Source: Iphione sp. A-MEVVRFRX5
Lineage: Eukaryota
Assembly (NCBI GenBank): GCA_976226885.1
Contig: OZ320314.1
Location: 100,688,001-100,752,000, forward strand
DNA length: 64,000 bases
Direction: 5' to 3'
In this document: positions 1-14,681 of the stretch, piece after piece
How the letters are laid out: every line of letters begins with the position of its first letter
Numbering within the stretch: position 1 is the stretch's first letter
Made by a program: the position numbers and the translations under genes
The notes under the pieces: generated by a model
Seen by the model: the letters and a program-made list of their open reading frames with translations, nothing else
The model's database searches: none
Told to the model about the DNA's origin: nothing

Positions 1-3000
1 AATAGCTGAGTCTGCATATATGGCTAGTATGGTTAATGACATGAGCAATAAAAAAAATATTTTAGTAGATGTAGCAATATTATAAAGGTCTTGGAATAAG
101 GTGTTGATAGTGAGCTGTAAAGTGTGGTTTGTATGGAGCGCCTGGAGGAGTTGTTATGACCTGGGTGCAAGCTTAATTGAAAATTTACCCAAACGTGACC
201 CAGGTCAGAATTTAATGGTTAAAGTGCAACCTCAGGTTATGACCTCTTGATATAAGATCGTAGTTATTCATACTATTTGGATTGCTCGTTTGACTGCATG
301 TGTACATCTACTTAGCAATGAAGCATCAACTAAATTATATCTCATCTTTCCGAGTTTTATTGTGTTACAAATTATTGCTAGGGTGATGTCTCTGTATACC
401 TTTCAATGCTGTGGCAGCACAATATATATGCCTGTCTTTCCGCTAAGACGTGCACGATATTATTGTATTTAAAACGCACGCTTATTTGTATTTTAGATAT
501 GCTTCTATACTGCCTTCTAAATTAGGTCTCTTTTACAACTCCAGAGACGGTCCACTCTGGGCAGTCGCTTAAACAGTTTAACTAGATTGGTTAGAGCTCA
601 TAGTCGATAACAAACGTTTCACCCCAATGAAGCAGATACTTCAAAAGCTGATCTTCCAAGTCCATGCAGGACGTTACTTACTCGATAATTCCTTACACTG
701 TACTTGTTACTCTATCATTCTTCCTCAAGGTAAGTCCTGTATGCGTGCTCATCTAACTAACTATATACATGCAGTCTGTCTGCTTATTTCACCTTGCTCC
801 TTGCTGAAGAGTTTGACATACCTCGTGTCTCTTTCCTCTTCGGAGCAGTCGTCATCCACATTTCAAGCTGAACCATAATATCACTTCTACAAATTATGTT
901 TAATGTTTTAAATGTTTCTTGAATATAAAATCATCTATTACAGTCCATTTTTTGCACCCTGGCATTCTCAGTGTCCATATAAAATCATTTTTGACTTCAA
1001 CATTAATACTCCACTATTATAATTAGTTGAATAGCTGGTCCAAAATTAGAGAACGCCTGCTACAGTGTTGAGAAGCTCAGGTGCTGGATACTTGTAGAAG
1101 CAAATCCTGAATCCTTATTCAATACTCAATACAGGCCTGAATATCTATAGTACTTTTTTCTGAATGAATTCCCTCTGGCTTTATTACTCTAAATAAATGA
1201 AAGGATCATTTTAGGTCGATCGATTCTTTGTTCTCAATGGTAGATGTATACAGACTTCGCCGACCAGACGTGTCGGATGATCAGGATAAATTCTAATTGT
1301 CATCATATCCGTCTTAATAAGTTAAACGTTGTCTACCTGAACAATGAAAAATCACCTGGATCAATAACATTCCAAAGATCACAGCGCTAATCAAGAGGCG
1401 TGGAGCATTATTCTCCGTCCGCAGAATACTTAATCATTCTTGTGTGATTATCTTCATCCGGCCGCGAAGGGACGAGTAGTGTTCTTCAGATTCACCTCCT
1501 CCATTCAACTAGTGGTAAGGCTCGGCCACATAGGCCATGCAGCTAGCCTACATTCCTTTCTAACCCCCTCCGCCGTCTCTGGTCCGTCCTTCCTACTATA
1601 TCCCTCCCCTGGCTCCCCAATCTTATCCCCATGTATCACGTGGCAAAGCCTCTCCCCTCCCACTTTCCACTAGCCCTAATGAAATTGCCCCATAAAGCAG
1701 GACTTTGCCATATTTCCCATCTAAGTCAATAGCTTTTAGCTCACTTTCCTTAAACCCATCCTTTGCCGGTAATTTTTCATCCCATGTAGCTGGCCTAGTG
1801 TCCTCTACTAGATGTGAAGGCCTTCAGCCAATAAACGAACGCGTTATGTTCTCTCCGTCCAATGGAGTCATCGCTTATGGAATTGCTTGGGCGAAATGAG
1901 TCTTATTAGCATGTCCCTAGAGGCATATCCTTTTCTTCCCACGTTACACTATAAAAGAGAAAATATATAGCAATAAACTTAGTTTTATCTACATGCTTGC
2001 TTCTTGGTAATAATGTCCCTAAGCAAAATATATTATTACATAAAATTTATTCTACATTCAAGATGAAAAAGGCATTTCCCATGTGCTGATTATGACGCTG
2101 GAATAGGGAGGTCATGTTTGAGAGATTTAGCTGCGGTAAACGACGTTTTTTAATATTTTGTTAGGCAATATTTTTTTTCTCTACATTCCCACATTTACAC
2201 TATTGTGTTTAGCCTTAGACACTGGCTAACTTCTTTGTTCTTTGTCTGATGGAGCCTCTATAAGCCTGGTACATTTTAACTTAGAGTCGGCCTTCACCAT
2301 TGAGAAAGCGGCTTATGGTGTTCAATACCATCGGAATAAAAAGGATGATGAAGCTTCTTCAAGCATCTACGTCAATTGAACTTATCTCCATCTGCAGTTT
2401 CCCGTTATCTGAAATTAAAGGGAAATTAAAATGAAATTATATGAAAGTTACTCATTTTCTCTTGTCCTTTGTGTCTTTATATTACTAGATTGATGCGTTA
2501 ATGTCTCTCTTCGTATATATGTTTGTATCTAGTCTGCATGAATGTCTACCTTGGTTCCTATCCCATGGGTTTGCGCTTCTCCAGTAGTATGTCCACAGCA
2601 ATGCATTGCTTTGACATAACAATTACCGATGCAATGCAATGGTTTCCAGTCTGATTCCGCGGCATTGGAGCGCAGCCCAGGCTCCCAATACCGTCGTTAT
2701 CATCGCGGACTAATATTTAATGCGATCCGCAGTGTTATCGGTGTTAGGGGTGAGGTGTTATGGATGGCTTTCATTAAGCATGTGGCCATGGGTGTTTAGC
2801 TATTATGGCTTGCAATGGCACGTCAGGGATTAGGCTCCTGTGTATCGGCTGCCGCATTGAGATCGGTCATAAGCCGAGAGGGTGACGGAGGGGTGGTGGT
2901 GGGGTTGCCTGTCTGACGGATTCAATACCGGGACCTTATGGGTCTTCTGGTGAGGCACAGACTAGAGCACATGGGGACTTTCGTTAAAGCAAGAAACAGA

Positions 3001-6000
3001 TCGTCTTGTTTCATTGGAACTCAGCCTAAGTTGACATAATATAGTAATGTTTCCACCTATATTAGGGAATGTCTGTCTTGTGATGAAACTGGGCTAACTA
3101 GCCGGCTAGAATTATGGAATAAAGAAGAACAAGACATTTTTTCTTCTAAACGTAATGGAATCGACTCTCAAGAGCTTCATTCTATCAAAACGTTTTTCGA
3201 TAGAGAGCTGTGGTCTCACGTCGGATAGCCTACTGTATATGAGTGAGTGGAACGAGTGGTGGCAATGCGACCTTGAATATTTGATGTTTATAGCAATATA
3301 TTCGAGTAAATGCTCAATACCATAGCAGATCTAAGATGAAGCGTAACAAATAAAAGAAGATCGGTCTGGGGGTTAAGCCAAACAGTAGGGCTTTTTCAGT
3401 AGGAAATGTTCTCAACAAAACCAGACACCTAAAACAGGCATATGGAAACGTGAAGTGTAAACCTAGAATCTTGTCATATGGACAATTGGCAAATATCACA
3501 ATGGTAGCGATATTTTATCAACACAACCTGTTATTTTGTCCTAACCTGGAAGACAATCTAGATGTCACATCGACTCGAATATGAATGATTTTATGACAGC
3601 ATCTGCTGTAGAGGTATTGTTCTCTATTGTTAAGAAAGATAAAACAGAATTAAAGGCCTCTGTGAAAAGATTTTAGAACTGTGGAATGGTAACGCGTACC
3701 GAAAGCATTTACATAGACGTATAACAACAACAACACGAATGTATACAAGTAAATTACTTCATATTGCAGACTCCAGATGCCACAGATTCTACACAGTTCT
3801 TGCCATCTGCTGTCCGTGTCGGGACAGAGAGGCAAATCGCCCTCTTGTTTTCTCTGTGAATACCCCCCATCACGTCCTCTAGGATCAATATATTTAGTCG
3901 TAGATGATAGCACAGGTCAGGGCAGTGAATGACCAAACCAGGGAGAAAGACCGGGAGAAGGAGGTGGCACTGGTGGGAGAAGCCTACTGGGGCCTGATTG
4001 ATAGCATCCATTTACCATCCTCCTCCAGTAGACGTGTTCTCATTGGTTGACGATGGGTCACGTGGGATGTAGCTTTGTTGTGGGTGGTCATGCTGGTATT
4101 GAGCGTTGTAAATAGCATTGCATCCTACGACGTAGGGATCATTGGTATCGCTCGACCGGCCGACACAGAAACACCCAGCATCATCAGGTGCACTGGTAGA
4201 TCGTAGTCGTGGTGTTTTTTTTTCACTTTTACTTAAGAAAGTTGGACACGGATGAATGTACACGTACTAGGACCATCTGCAACACAATGTAGACTTACAA
4301 GCCGACGTTTGGTGTTCGCCTGCTGGGCTTCAGCAAATGTCAGCCCCTCTGGGATTAGACTCTCATGTTCCCGTCACCTTCTGACCAAGTTCATTCTAAC
4401 TCATTGTAACGTATTGGGATCTATCGGAGTAAACATGCCTCGAGAGAAGATCTTTAGCATGCGCTGTCGTCCAATGGTCCATGCTTTCCTGGACCAGTAA
4501 TTTGGCTGAGCAGTCCTGAGTCGTTAGGTTCTGTCAGTTTGGTCGAGTAGGTTAGTTGATACACCTGAACAGTTGGATATATTTGAAATTTCCTCAAGGG
4601 GACTTCGTTATGTCATTGCTTGGGTAATGTTACGGCAGTACGATTCACTAGGAATGTTTTGATTGGGATAGTCTACATAAATCTCTGATTTCTGTTGATT
4701 CTCTCTTAATATCAGTTCTCAGCAGTACTCCTAGGGGTCTGTTCATCTATTGTTTTATCTACGGACACATGGGAATACCTTCCTGTAGCATGTTTTGTGT
4801 CCTGTGTGGATGCCCAGATGTCTGAAACAGTTGTCCGATACATGGAAAGACAATCAAAGTCATCGCAGGAACTCCTGGTGAATATTTTGCGAATTCAGAA
4901 GGCAGGTGACACAATCCCTTTAACATAATCATCCAACCCAGTATGGATGAAGGCCATAAGATTATAAAGCAGATACGGATTAAATGTACAATGAATGTAC
5001 ACTATTGCGGCACCATGCAGCCAATAATCGATGATGGGTTATTTTGAAGAATATTAGGTAGTTGTCTCTCTGCAACGTTCAGGCCGCTGCAAATATCCTG
5101 AGTGTTTGGTATTAACTGAACTGAATCGTCGGGAATGTGCCTCGACACTTTCAGAGTTGTATGATCAACAATTCATTATGTTTAAATTTCTTAGATGGAT
5201 GAAGCCATACCTCGCGTGACAAAAGTTGAATTCACACCGATTGCCACGTTACAAACTGGTCAGATGACGTCTAAAAGTCACGTGCATTTAACGGGTGCAC
5301 TCTTCTTGAATGATTTTCTAATTACATTCTTGTATGAGTACGTGCACAAAGGAACCAAGCAGAAGGAGAACGGAAAAAATGGCGAGATGGAGATGGAGTG
5401 TACTACTCCTTCGCGGGAGAGACAGGCAGAACGAGAAAGGGAACGGAAGAGTACGAACAAAAACAACAGACTCGTGTGAACAGTCATAGAAGAAGAGCTA
5501 ATCGAGAATAAGAGTACCATAAAATGTAAAAGGTAGACATGAACACTTAACAAAAACCCCTCAGAGTTACGCCTGTTTTATCTACGTACCACTTGCCCTG
5601 CGGCAATCATAACAATATATACGAGAGTGGATATGGAAATAGTGGCACTAATACCATCAGAGACAATATTATCTCTGGACTAGCGCAAAGTCCAATCAAC
5701 GTGATTCTGTCCGATAGAGTTAGATAGAGATACGGGGTGTCTGCGGGAAAGGGGGAGTGAAGACGAAGTGGGGACGGGTGCCGCTAGGATTCCTTCTCTT
5801 CTCTTTCACTTCAAATCGGTGAAAGGATGCTTCTCTCGCCGCAGCCACGTTCCTCTGCTTCAGCTCACTATTTGCTCAATGCCAGCGATTATCTCGTGTG
5901 TGCGTTTGTGAATCATTAGTCATTGCGGCAAGAACCGCCGCCCGCAGACCTGGGAGAATAAGCCCATTAAGGCCTTGCACATTGGTCGTTAAACACGCTG

Positions 6001-9000
6001 CTCCGGAGCCTAGATACCACGGCGACGGGTTGTTTCGACTGGGCTTCCCCTACTGGGGTATTTTTAGAAACCTCTCCTGCTCGTTTCTGCTCGCGCTTCA
6101 ACCAATAATCAACTGAGAATGTGAGCGAACTGCTCTGCCCGTTGTAGATAAAACAAAAAAAATATGTCTGATTGGAACGGTACCGACACGGGCTCGGTCG
6201 TCAAGCTTGAGTCGAGCTGTGACTGAAATCATGCTCCTCTATTCTTCCAGTTCCCCCCTTCCAGATACATTCCTTGTGCAGTCTGGACATTTCTACACGT
6301 AAAAAGCAGAGTAGGTAAAAGTTGGTGGCGAGGCTGTTGTCCTGTCTCTCACCAGAATAGCGTGAGGAAAAGCCATGAAGAATTTGCTCTGGTGTGGTAT
6401 TCGTCTTTATCTACTAAACCACAGTACAATATGCTTTAAAGAAACAGACAAATTAGGAGTAGAAAACTTTTGGAGGTTTACATTAGGCCGACAAATATCG
6501 GGAATGAACTGTACAATGGTAATTAATTGAAATAGTGTAACAGTATTCCATTTGGTTCGGAAACTATATGGGTTACAATGAAATGGTAGAGACAATGGGA
6601 GGTATTCCTAGGACAGCAGTGACCAAAAGCTCAATATAAATGAAGTAGAGCATACTCACTTAGAAATACTACAGAATGTTCACTGCAGCATAGTCGATTG
6701 CAAATCGGAGCCATCCTAAGAAATGGAAGCAGAACTGCCATAATGGATGAGAGGTGGTGTAATCGGACCGGATGCGGATAGAGACGAGAGATGGAGAAGT
6801 TATCTTTTACCTGTGTAAGTTAAAATAATAGGATGACAGAAAAGACCGGTAGAGAGAGGAACAGGAAAAAAAGACTGCTAAATATTACAACACAGACAGC
6901 AGGAAAACCGGACGCCTCTCTTAGGAAGAGCCCGAGAAACCAGTCCCTCATTTTAACGATAATGACAACTCCCCATAATCTATTATCAGACGAACAAAAA
7001 CACACTTGCGGCATGTCTAGCCCTTACCCAAGACGGCTTTCTTTAACGAACACTACAGGAGAACTGTTACAGTACAGGAGGATGTATGGAGCCGACACAT
7101 GCCGACTGAGCTCGATTTGCTTTGTGTCATCAAGGGAAAACTAACGCAAAGCCTGAAAATAATTTTTTTACATGGACATATATGTATATATATATATATC
7201 AATAATGAGGTAGGCTAGGTCGTTACCTGCTCTCTGCGTGTAAGCTGCAGAAATCTATAGATATGACCCTTCTTACATCTACATTATGTGAATGGTGGTT
7301 GGGGCAATGTGTGTCATCAGCATGGTCCTGAAGTGAAGCTATTCACGTTTATCACTTGATAAATTCATCAGTCAAGATGCTTGCCATGGACTTCTAACAC
7401 GGTGAGACGGGTAGATAAGAATAGAAACACAAAACCGGGGTGATATGAACACGATGGCCATGTTTAAAAGGGCTAGGGCAAACGTGAAATAATCGGGACT
7501 CACAGTTGAGGAATTGTCTTTTGGGGCTTACATTTTGCTGCTGAATGGGATCCTAGTTAATGCTTGACAAATGATGCTGTCAACCTCTCTCTAGAGGGGG
7601 TGGTTAGAGGAGGGGACGCGAGAGGGATGGCGGGACAGGAGGTTGTCGGTTGCGGGCACTATTTGGTGCTGTAAACCACCGCCAGAGTTTATGTGCCTAT
7701 AATGACGCCAGGGGGCGTCCCGGGTCTTGCCAGCGTTCCTCATTCGCCACTTCCGGTGCAGCTCACGCTGACGGTCCCCAACACCACCCCTTCCTTGTTG
7801 TCACTTTCTCCTCGTCCACCTACCCCTTCTGTCTATATTCTCTATCGGCGTCTCCGAACTCTCAGCTACCCAAACTAAAGTATACACCGCACGGGACACC
7901 ATGCCTTCCATAGTTTGTCAGATAACAGCAATGCAACAATATTTTTTCCTATCGCAGATTGAGCTAGACAAAACCAGGCCAATGTTCAATTACCTTGAAG
8001 TGTAGAGGACATATCAGTACCTGCTGAGTGCTATAGCGTGACGTAGCATAGCGAAAAATCAAGTGGAGAGTTGAAAAGTAACGCGCTTATGGTTTCTTGA
8101 ACCAGTTTTAGGGACATGGAGGGTTAATTACTGTTGACTGAATGCAACTTCCGCAGCGCACCAGGTCCAGTCTGAGTTTACTATTTATTGAAACATCACC
8201 CAAATGGGAAAAACACATACAATAAAAAGCCGATTTCAACAAGCGTTGTACCAAGCTTCTTTAGCAGTTTATGACACTGATTGAAAATTTTGATATATTC
8301 ATGCTATACAGGACGTTGGGGCTGGCAAATAACCCAAATCTTTCAAACAGCTGTCTATATCCAATTATATGTGTACATTCACCCGTCAATGGGAAGGCAT
8401 TTTTAAAAGAATACAGCTGTTTCAAATGACCAGAAACCTGAAGGCCATCAAGCCTACTGTTAACATGTTAACAGTTTTTCGAAGCTGTTGAATCCATGTA
8501 ACAACTGTGGTGATGCAGCCTTGGTTCATGCCTGTGCTCTACAATGGATCGTCATAGACAGATGGTTCCAGAGTCACTCTCTAATGCCCGTTCGCTTTGC
8601 ACCATTACAGCCTGCTGGCTTTTTTGTGACAAATGACAGAAATCTAAAGGTCGAGATGGCTTACGATAGGTTTAAGGGGGCGGACGGGTAATGAGGCTGT
8701 CGGGGGGGGGAGGGGCTGAATGTATGAGTAAGTTGGCAATTATGAGGTGAGCGAGCGCTAGAAACAGAAGGGAACGGTTAGGGATAAAGGGAGGCCGCAA
8801 CTAGGCAGAGACATTGATGTAAATTGACTATTTCTTTTTTATAAACCATGAAAGTTCCTCTTATGGCCCCATTTTAATCTAATTCAAAGCACAAATGAGG
8901 AGTCAGAGGTCCATGACTACCGGCGGAAGGAAATAGCATATTTAACTCTATAAGGGTAATACACTGATTTCAGGATGTCAGGGCAACTAAACTACCGTGG

Positions 9001-10379
9001 CGGCAAGTAAATACATACAATAAGGTACTTATAATTCGAAATCGATTATCATCGCCCCTAGACAGTGATGGATATATTATACATAGGCACCGCTGCTAAC
9101 CCTTACCGCATTCGCTGCTCAGCGGGAATACTAACGTACCTTTCCCTCCCCTGTATCTTGACATCCTTTAAAGTCAAATAGAGACTCCTTTATAATATTT
9201 AGAAAAGAATGTTCTCTTCTCGGACAAAGCGCCCTCCAGTGGCAATATACGGAGAGAATATTCTCTGTAGCTCAGCATTGCAATACACAGACATGTATTT
9301 TTGTAATCATATGCACAAAAATGTCTTTCTGTCGGTCACATATTTCATCATGGAAAAATCGAGTACAGTGAACCCATATCAAATTATTTCCGTGTTCCTG
9401 TATTACGTTGTGTTCGTGGCGGAATGATGCATGTTGAAATTTCCTAGAAATATAAAAGCAGAAACATTTAACAAACGACACAATTATACACGGTAATAGA
9501 CTTTCCGATGCAATGAACGTTGCCGATAGCCTCTCATATTCCTGCTTCACTTCAATGTCAATTTCCCTTTAATAAAGGGTGAAAGATTGGCGATCAGAAG
9601 ACTTCGGCGGCAAGAACTGATAATGGCTACCTGTTCGGGGATCAAATTCCTAATGTAAGCTGCAACTTGGTGTTTAACACTATTCTATGACATAAAGCAC
9701 ATTCAAAGATCAAAGAAAATACACTCCATTGACAAAAGCTTACGAAAATTAAAGTTTTGGGGTAGACGTTACGAGCACACCTCGCAGTTGGGATCAGCAG
9801 TTTTACTTGCGTTCTGCAGCATGTTTGTTTCTACTAAAATGGCTTGAAAGAAGCCAACACGGACTACAAAGTTATACGCCCATTACCACCGTCCCTCCTT
9901 CCCTTCCGCACACGCATACACATTCACATACATACTCTCCATTGACAATACCTCTCGTCGCGTCGTCTTCATATGCTTTATCCCCGTCCCAAGGCTGTCC
10001 AGCTGAGAACCTGCACTCTCAGCCACGGTCCTTTCATCAGCTACAATAAGTTCTGCGAGGAGATGTATCGCGTCTAGTACGGTTGTCGGCCAAAGCCCGG
10101 ATAAAATGATTGCCTTTTACTCTGTCGAACAAGGCCGCTGCATTTGAGACAGTGCGTAGTGGGTAGGGGAAGGCAAAGGGTGGCTTAGGGGCTAGATGAA
10201 TCTGCACATGCAGGACGGGGGAGGAATGAAATGGGAGAAAACATTGCTGCGGATGGGGTAGATGCATTTGATGGGGCGTTACAAATTGGCGATGAAAAGG
10301 GACCGAGGGAAAAAATAGAACAGGCAGGGACAGACAGAGACAGGAACGGAAGGAAATGACAATGGAAAAGGAAAATCCA

Positions 10380-11103
10380 CAATTTTGTTTATCTTTTCAC
10401 GATCTAAGAAAAGCCTGCAAATAGTCCAATGAAATAAGATTTTTCAATTATTTTCACAGTTTTAACAGATCTCAAAAAGCCTGCAGATGATGTTATGCAA
10501 TAATGTTTTTACAATATTTTCACATTGTTTTAAAATATCTCATTAAGAGCTTCATGAAATATTATAAAATTAAATTTTTACAATGTTTTCCCATTTTCAA
10601 AAGATTTCTGCAAACAATGCTGTGAAATAATGTTTTTTAACTTTTTAATAATGTTTTTAAAAGATCTTAAAAAGAAGGTCAGAAATGATGGCAACGTATT
10701 AATGCAGCTAAGAATGGACAGACTCAGTGACCAAAAGGATAAGAGTGCTGATATCACCAGTGATACAGGGGACATGGGTTCAAATCTCTAGCAAGGCAGT
10801 ATTCCAAATCATGGAAAAATTAAAACACTCCTGTATAAAAAGCCGAAGAGAAGAGTATTCAGGGGAGCATAGAAGTATATAGAAAGAGAAAACAAGATTT
10901 ATTCTGAATTTAAAAACTCATGGTTGTATAGAAATACCTTAAAAATGTTGCTAAAATCATTTTTAAAACATTTTCCCAAAACATTTTTGAAAACATTTAA
11001 AATGTTGTCAAGACCATTCACTTCAATGTTTTTAAATGTTTTTCAAAATATTTCAAGATACTTAGGAAAGCGTTTTTAAAATGTTTTTTTTGTGTTTGCT
11101 GGG
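10380..11103. mobile_element. Non-autonomous TIR DNA-transposon remnant, possibly CACTA/EnSpm-like with a CCCAG terminus; only one end visible
   Basis: Right end GTGTTTGCTGGG at 11092-11103 (reverse complement CCCAGCAAACAC) followed by TA. AT-rich arrays of AATGTTTTT/AAAACATT subrepeats at about 10480-10680 and 10930-11090. No matching left terminus found. The superfamily assignment is from memory of terminus types. Confidence 0.45.
10720..10798 (+). other. tRNA-derived (pol III promoter-like) segment inside the TIR-element remnant
   Basis: Degenerate A-box TGACCAAAAGG at 10728-10738 and B-box GGTTCAAATC at 10777-10786, at tRNA-like spacing. No full cloverleaf. Confidence 0.45.
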
Positions 11104-14100
11104 TACATCAGCAACTAGTGCCATGGCCAACATAAAACACATAACTCACATCAATGCTGACTTGATCCATGGCCTATTTCTAACCATCATCACTCTTGAA
11201 TCACACTCTTTAAAAAGGATAAAAGATTACTGCATTAGTGTGCTGATAAAAGTGGCCGTTCTTAGTTTGCATTGCTATATATTTGTGAACACGCCCACAG
11301 GGCACACAAAACAGACTGATGGCCGATTTTTCATTCCAGCACCCTTATCTATCAAGCTTCCACTTTGGCACAGGTGACTATCTTATGTGTATTTTCCATT
11401 CAAAACCTTATCTCCAAGGTAGAAGGACGAGGTGAGGTCAAACTGAGATGCCTTATCACATGCGACACTGTTAATGTCTATACATGGGTATACTGTATTA
11501 TATTTATATATTTCCTTCAGGGTGGTATTAGGTTTATGGTTTTATATAACACTCCAGAAGGTCGACAGGCATTGTAACTCTGGTATTGTTACAACATAAG
11601 TGTGAAATCATGAATAATAGATAGTATTTCTTTGACAGTGGGTATCCCTTGGAGAGGGCTCCATGGTTGTCACACAGACCAGGTATGAATTACTGGGTCA
11701 GGCAAACGTTGGATTACACGCCCAAATCATTTTCTCCCTCTTTAAGCAATTCTACCTCTTCCATATTCTTCCAGTTCATCAAAACTATGACATATACAGG
11801 CAAAACCCACTTGGAAGTGAACAAAACTCGATGCATTGAATAGTTTACTTTCTTAGGGTGCTTTATACTTATGACCGTTTCATTGTTGATTTTTCATTCA
11901 CCGACATGCTGTCTGAAAGTGTCAGCACGACGCATGTCTTGTGAAATGTGCTGTTTATTCAAACACCTTATCAGTAGGGATGAACTGCTGTCTACAGAAC
12001 TTCACCAACAGTTTTTTTCATTCCACGGCAAGGGAAGATACAGCCTTGTATTATGCGATAGGCCCAGAGGAGTCTTGGGAGAAGTACCAAACAATTGGAC
12101 AACATAATTTGAACACTGGACAATAGATATGTATGGCGATTTTGATGACATAAACATAACATAAGTTAACATGAGCAAGAAGCCACCTCCTCTGAAATTT
12201 CTTGTAGGATACTCACTGTCAAAGAAATACTATCAGTCAGAAGGGGATTCCATAGTTTGCAATAATGTACCATTGAAATAGATTTATTTCAGCCAATGAA
12301 CTCAGGCATTCCATTACAACATACACAGTAACAACTCTTAGGACTCAAAAACCACCTATCAGAGGTCTCCCTCCATATTTGGGAATCAATCAGAAACCTC
12401 TTACAAAATAAGGAGATCGACAATGCTACATTCTGCTCCTGAAAATTTGTCTTGGCCATAACAAAATTTCTAATTTGAAGCTGCCTAGAAACATTGAGCG
12501 TAAAATGAGAGGAACATGTTCTCTAAGATGCATCTGCACAGAGGAGGAGTGTTCCTTGAAGACTGCTACGTGTAATTATTTTCAGATATAATATATCTAT
12601 AAAAAAACATAACTTTGTTTCCTGTTCAATAGTACACAACCAAGACGGTAATGTGAGGATTGTAAATTTTTTCATGAAGGGACATATTTGATCTTACAAG
12701 AAGGCAGTCATATCTGCTACTGCCAAGAAAGATGTCTGATTTGTCAAAGAAAAGGCTGTTCGGTATCAAATGTATACAGATGTCGGGAGATTCTGTAACT
12801 ACGTTAGGTGTCTCTGAGAGACCAAGAAACAGTATCCTAGATGGGTCGTAAAACCGAAAGTAGCTGAGGGACTTTATGCTCCTGTAGTGTATTTTCGCTG
12901 CCGGATAGTGAATGTTTGCAGGGCCAGCTGCTCCGCTTTGGGTTAACTCATCCAGAGCAGATTCAGTGTAGTTGTACCTGTAGTGCGCAAGCTTTGAGTG
13001 TCCAAGGCAGTGTTATATTGTCTATGCTTCGCTTCCGGAGTGAACCTTTGGAAAAGAGAGAACTTTGTGGGCTCTTAATACCTCTCCAACGGTTCAAATG
13101 TGGTTACGGAGAAATAGGAAGTATTTCCTGCATCAATATGGTGCTGAGAGAGGATATCGCCTATTCTTCATCTGCTAAAATTACCGGATTATTCTGCTTT
13201 TGAAATGATGACAATAATGTCCCACTTAATATTACGAGAAAATTTAGTTCTCTGGAGTCTCATGGTATCACCTTTCGAACAAATTCAAAACTGACCCTAC
13301 CAATACCAAGCTGCTCTGAGCTGAAGCTAAGGACACGCTGTCTGACAGGTCCCCATGCCTGACACGGATGGACAACCGGGTTTGGCTGTCTAGCTGGCAT
13401 GCCGGTAGGTGAGGGGTCGAAGGTCAGAACCGAGTCAACGTCAGGTGGTGAGGACATAATTGGAGCAGATTGCGGGTCAGGCCGGGTCTGTTGGAGAATG
13501 TGCATGACATGCCCTCAGACCAGTATGATGTATTATGATACTTCAGAAGAACGGATCTTTTCCCCCCTTGTTCTCTGGAAAGGTGTAGTGTTACCACGAA
13601 TTGCCCTAAATGTGAAACATGAGGAAACCTCTTAGCCGATGGCACACTTTCTACACTATCACAAAGTTAGCTATAGAATCTGTCCATTATGTTGTTCATT
13701 CTCTCTCGACATACACCATTGTTGAGTGTCAAATAATAATAGTGTATATATACGAATATTGCTTAAGTATTCGAGATCATATCAATTAAATATTTTGTTA
13801 CAGAGAAAACAGTTTGTGTTGATCATTTGAAATCGTTCGGTCAACAGGGCGAATAAATGATAAACTCGGGGTTTATTCCTTGCTATCGTGTCAATGTATT
13901 CTTCATTATGAATAAGATAATGCCTAAATCACGGGTTATATTTAAAGGTGCCCTGGGGTTAATCTAGAGCCTCCTGTGTAATCGGGCATGTTCTGGATGC
14001 TCATCCAAGGAAGGCACTTGTTAACTTATGCTCTAAGGACTACCTGTCAATTCTAGTGCTTTCCAGAATAGCGTTATTTTTGGATGTAAAATCTTTCCTT

Positions 14101-14454
14101 TTGATTTATTGATTTCTTTTGTGCTGGCCATGAGGTAATATTGATGAGAGCACCTGTGATTTTAGGTTCCTGTCGGGACCTGTGATCGTTAGTGTGGCTC
14201 CCAAATGGCGGGGAAAAATCACAAATTGCACGATGTTTTTGTAATCCTCCCAAAGATCAAATGGCAGCCGTGCTGTTAATGTTCGGTCCCTGACGGCATT
14301 AGCAGATTCGTTCTTGGACGAAGGAAGAAAAAGTTTAAACGAACACACAAAGCTGTGTCCATTGTAGAAAGCACACTGCAATGTAGGAAGCGGCAGGAAG
14401 TGCCTTAACCACTTGTTTTTTTTTTTTTGTTTTTTTTTTTATTCAGATATTTCA

Positions 14455-14478
14455 CCTGGTATTCCAAATGGTACCAGG
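14455..14478 (-). other. LINE 3' terminal stem-loop
   Basis: Sense strand CCTGGTA-CCATTTGGAA-TACCAGG (7-bp stem, 10-nt loop), followed by TGAAATATCTGAATAAA and poly(A). Confidence 0.7.
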
Positions 14479-14681
14479 AATTGACTACATAGTATTTTCA
14501 CAGAGTGAATTCTATATACAGTTTGGTGTATATACAGGTATTATAAACATTATATTTACATATATACATATATACATATATACATAGAGAATATGTTTGG
14601 TTGGGCTGGTTTTGACATATTATTAAGATACACATCGACCAATCGTGCTTAACAAGTTATACAGTTCTTACTCTTTTTTTT

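Noticed and set aside
664-735. ATG-initiated hydrophobic 22 codons (MQDVTYSIIPYTVLVTLSFFLK) ending at a perfect AAG|GTAAGT donor
   Set aside because: Such an 8-mer is expected about twice by chance in this window, and no partner exons were found.
3754-4500. Adjacent in-frame minus-strand ORFs (83 + 85 aa) and a neighbouring protein-like frame with TGA stops
   Set aside because: No recognisable motif; the run lengths are compatible with chance.
6400-6720. Protein-looking plus-strand frame with three stops
   Set aside because: No motif; stop density is not convincingly below chance.
11649-12107. Two in-frame ORFs separated by one TAG
   Set aside because: No identifiable domain; chance cannot be excluded.
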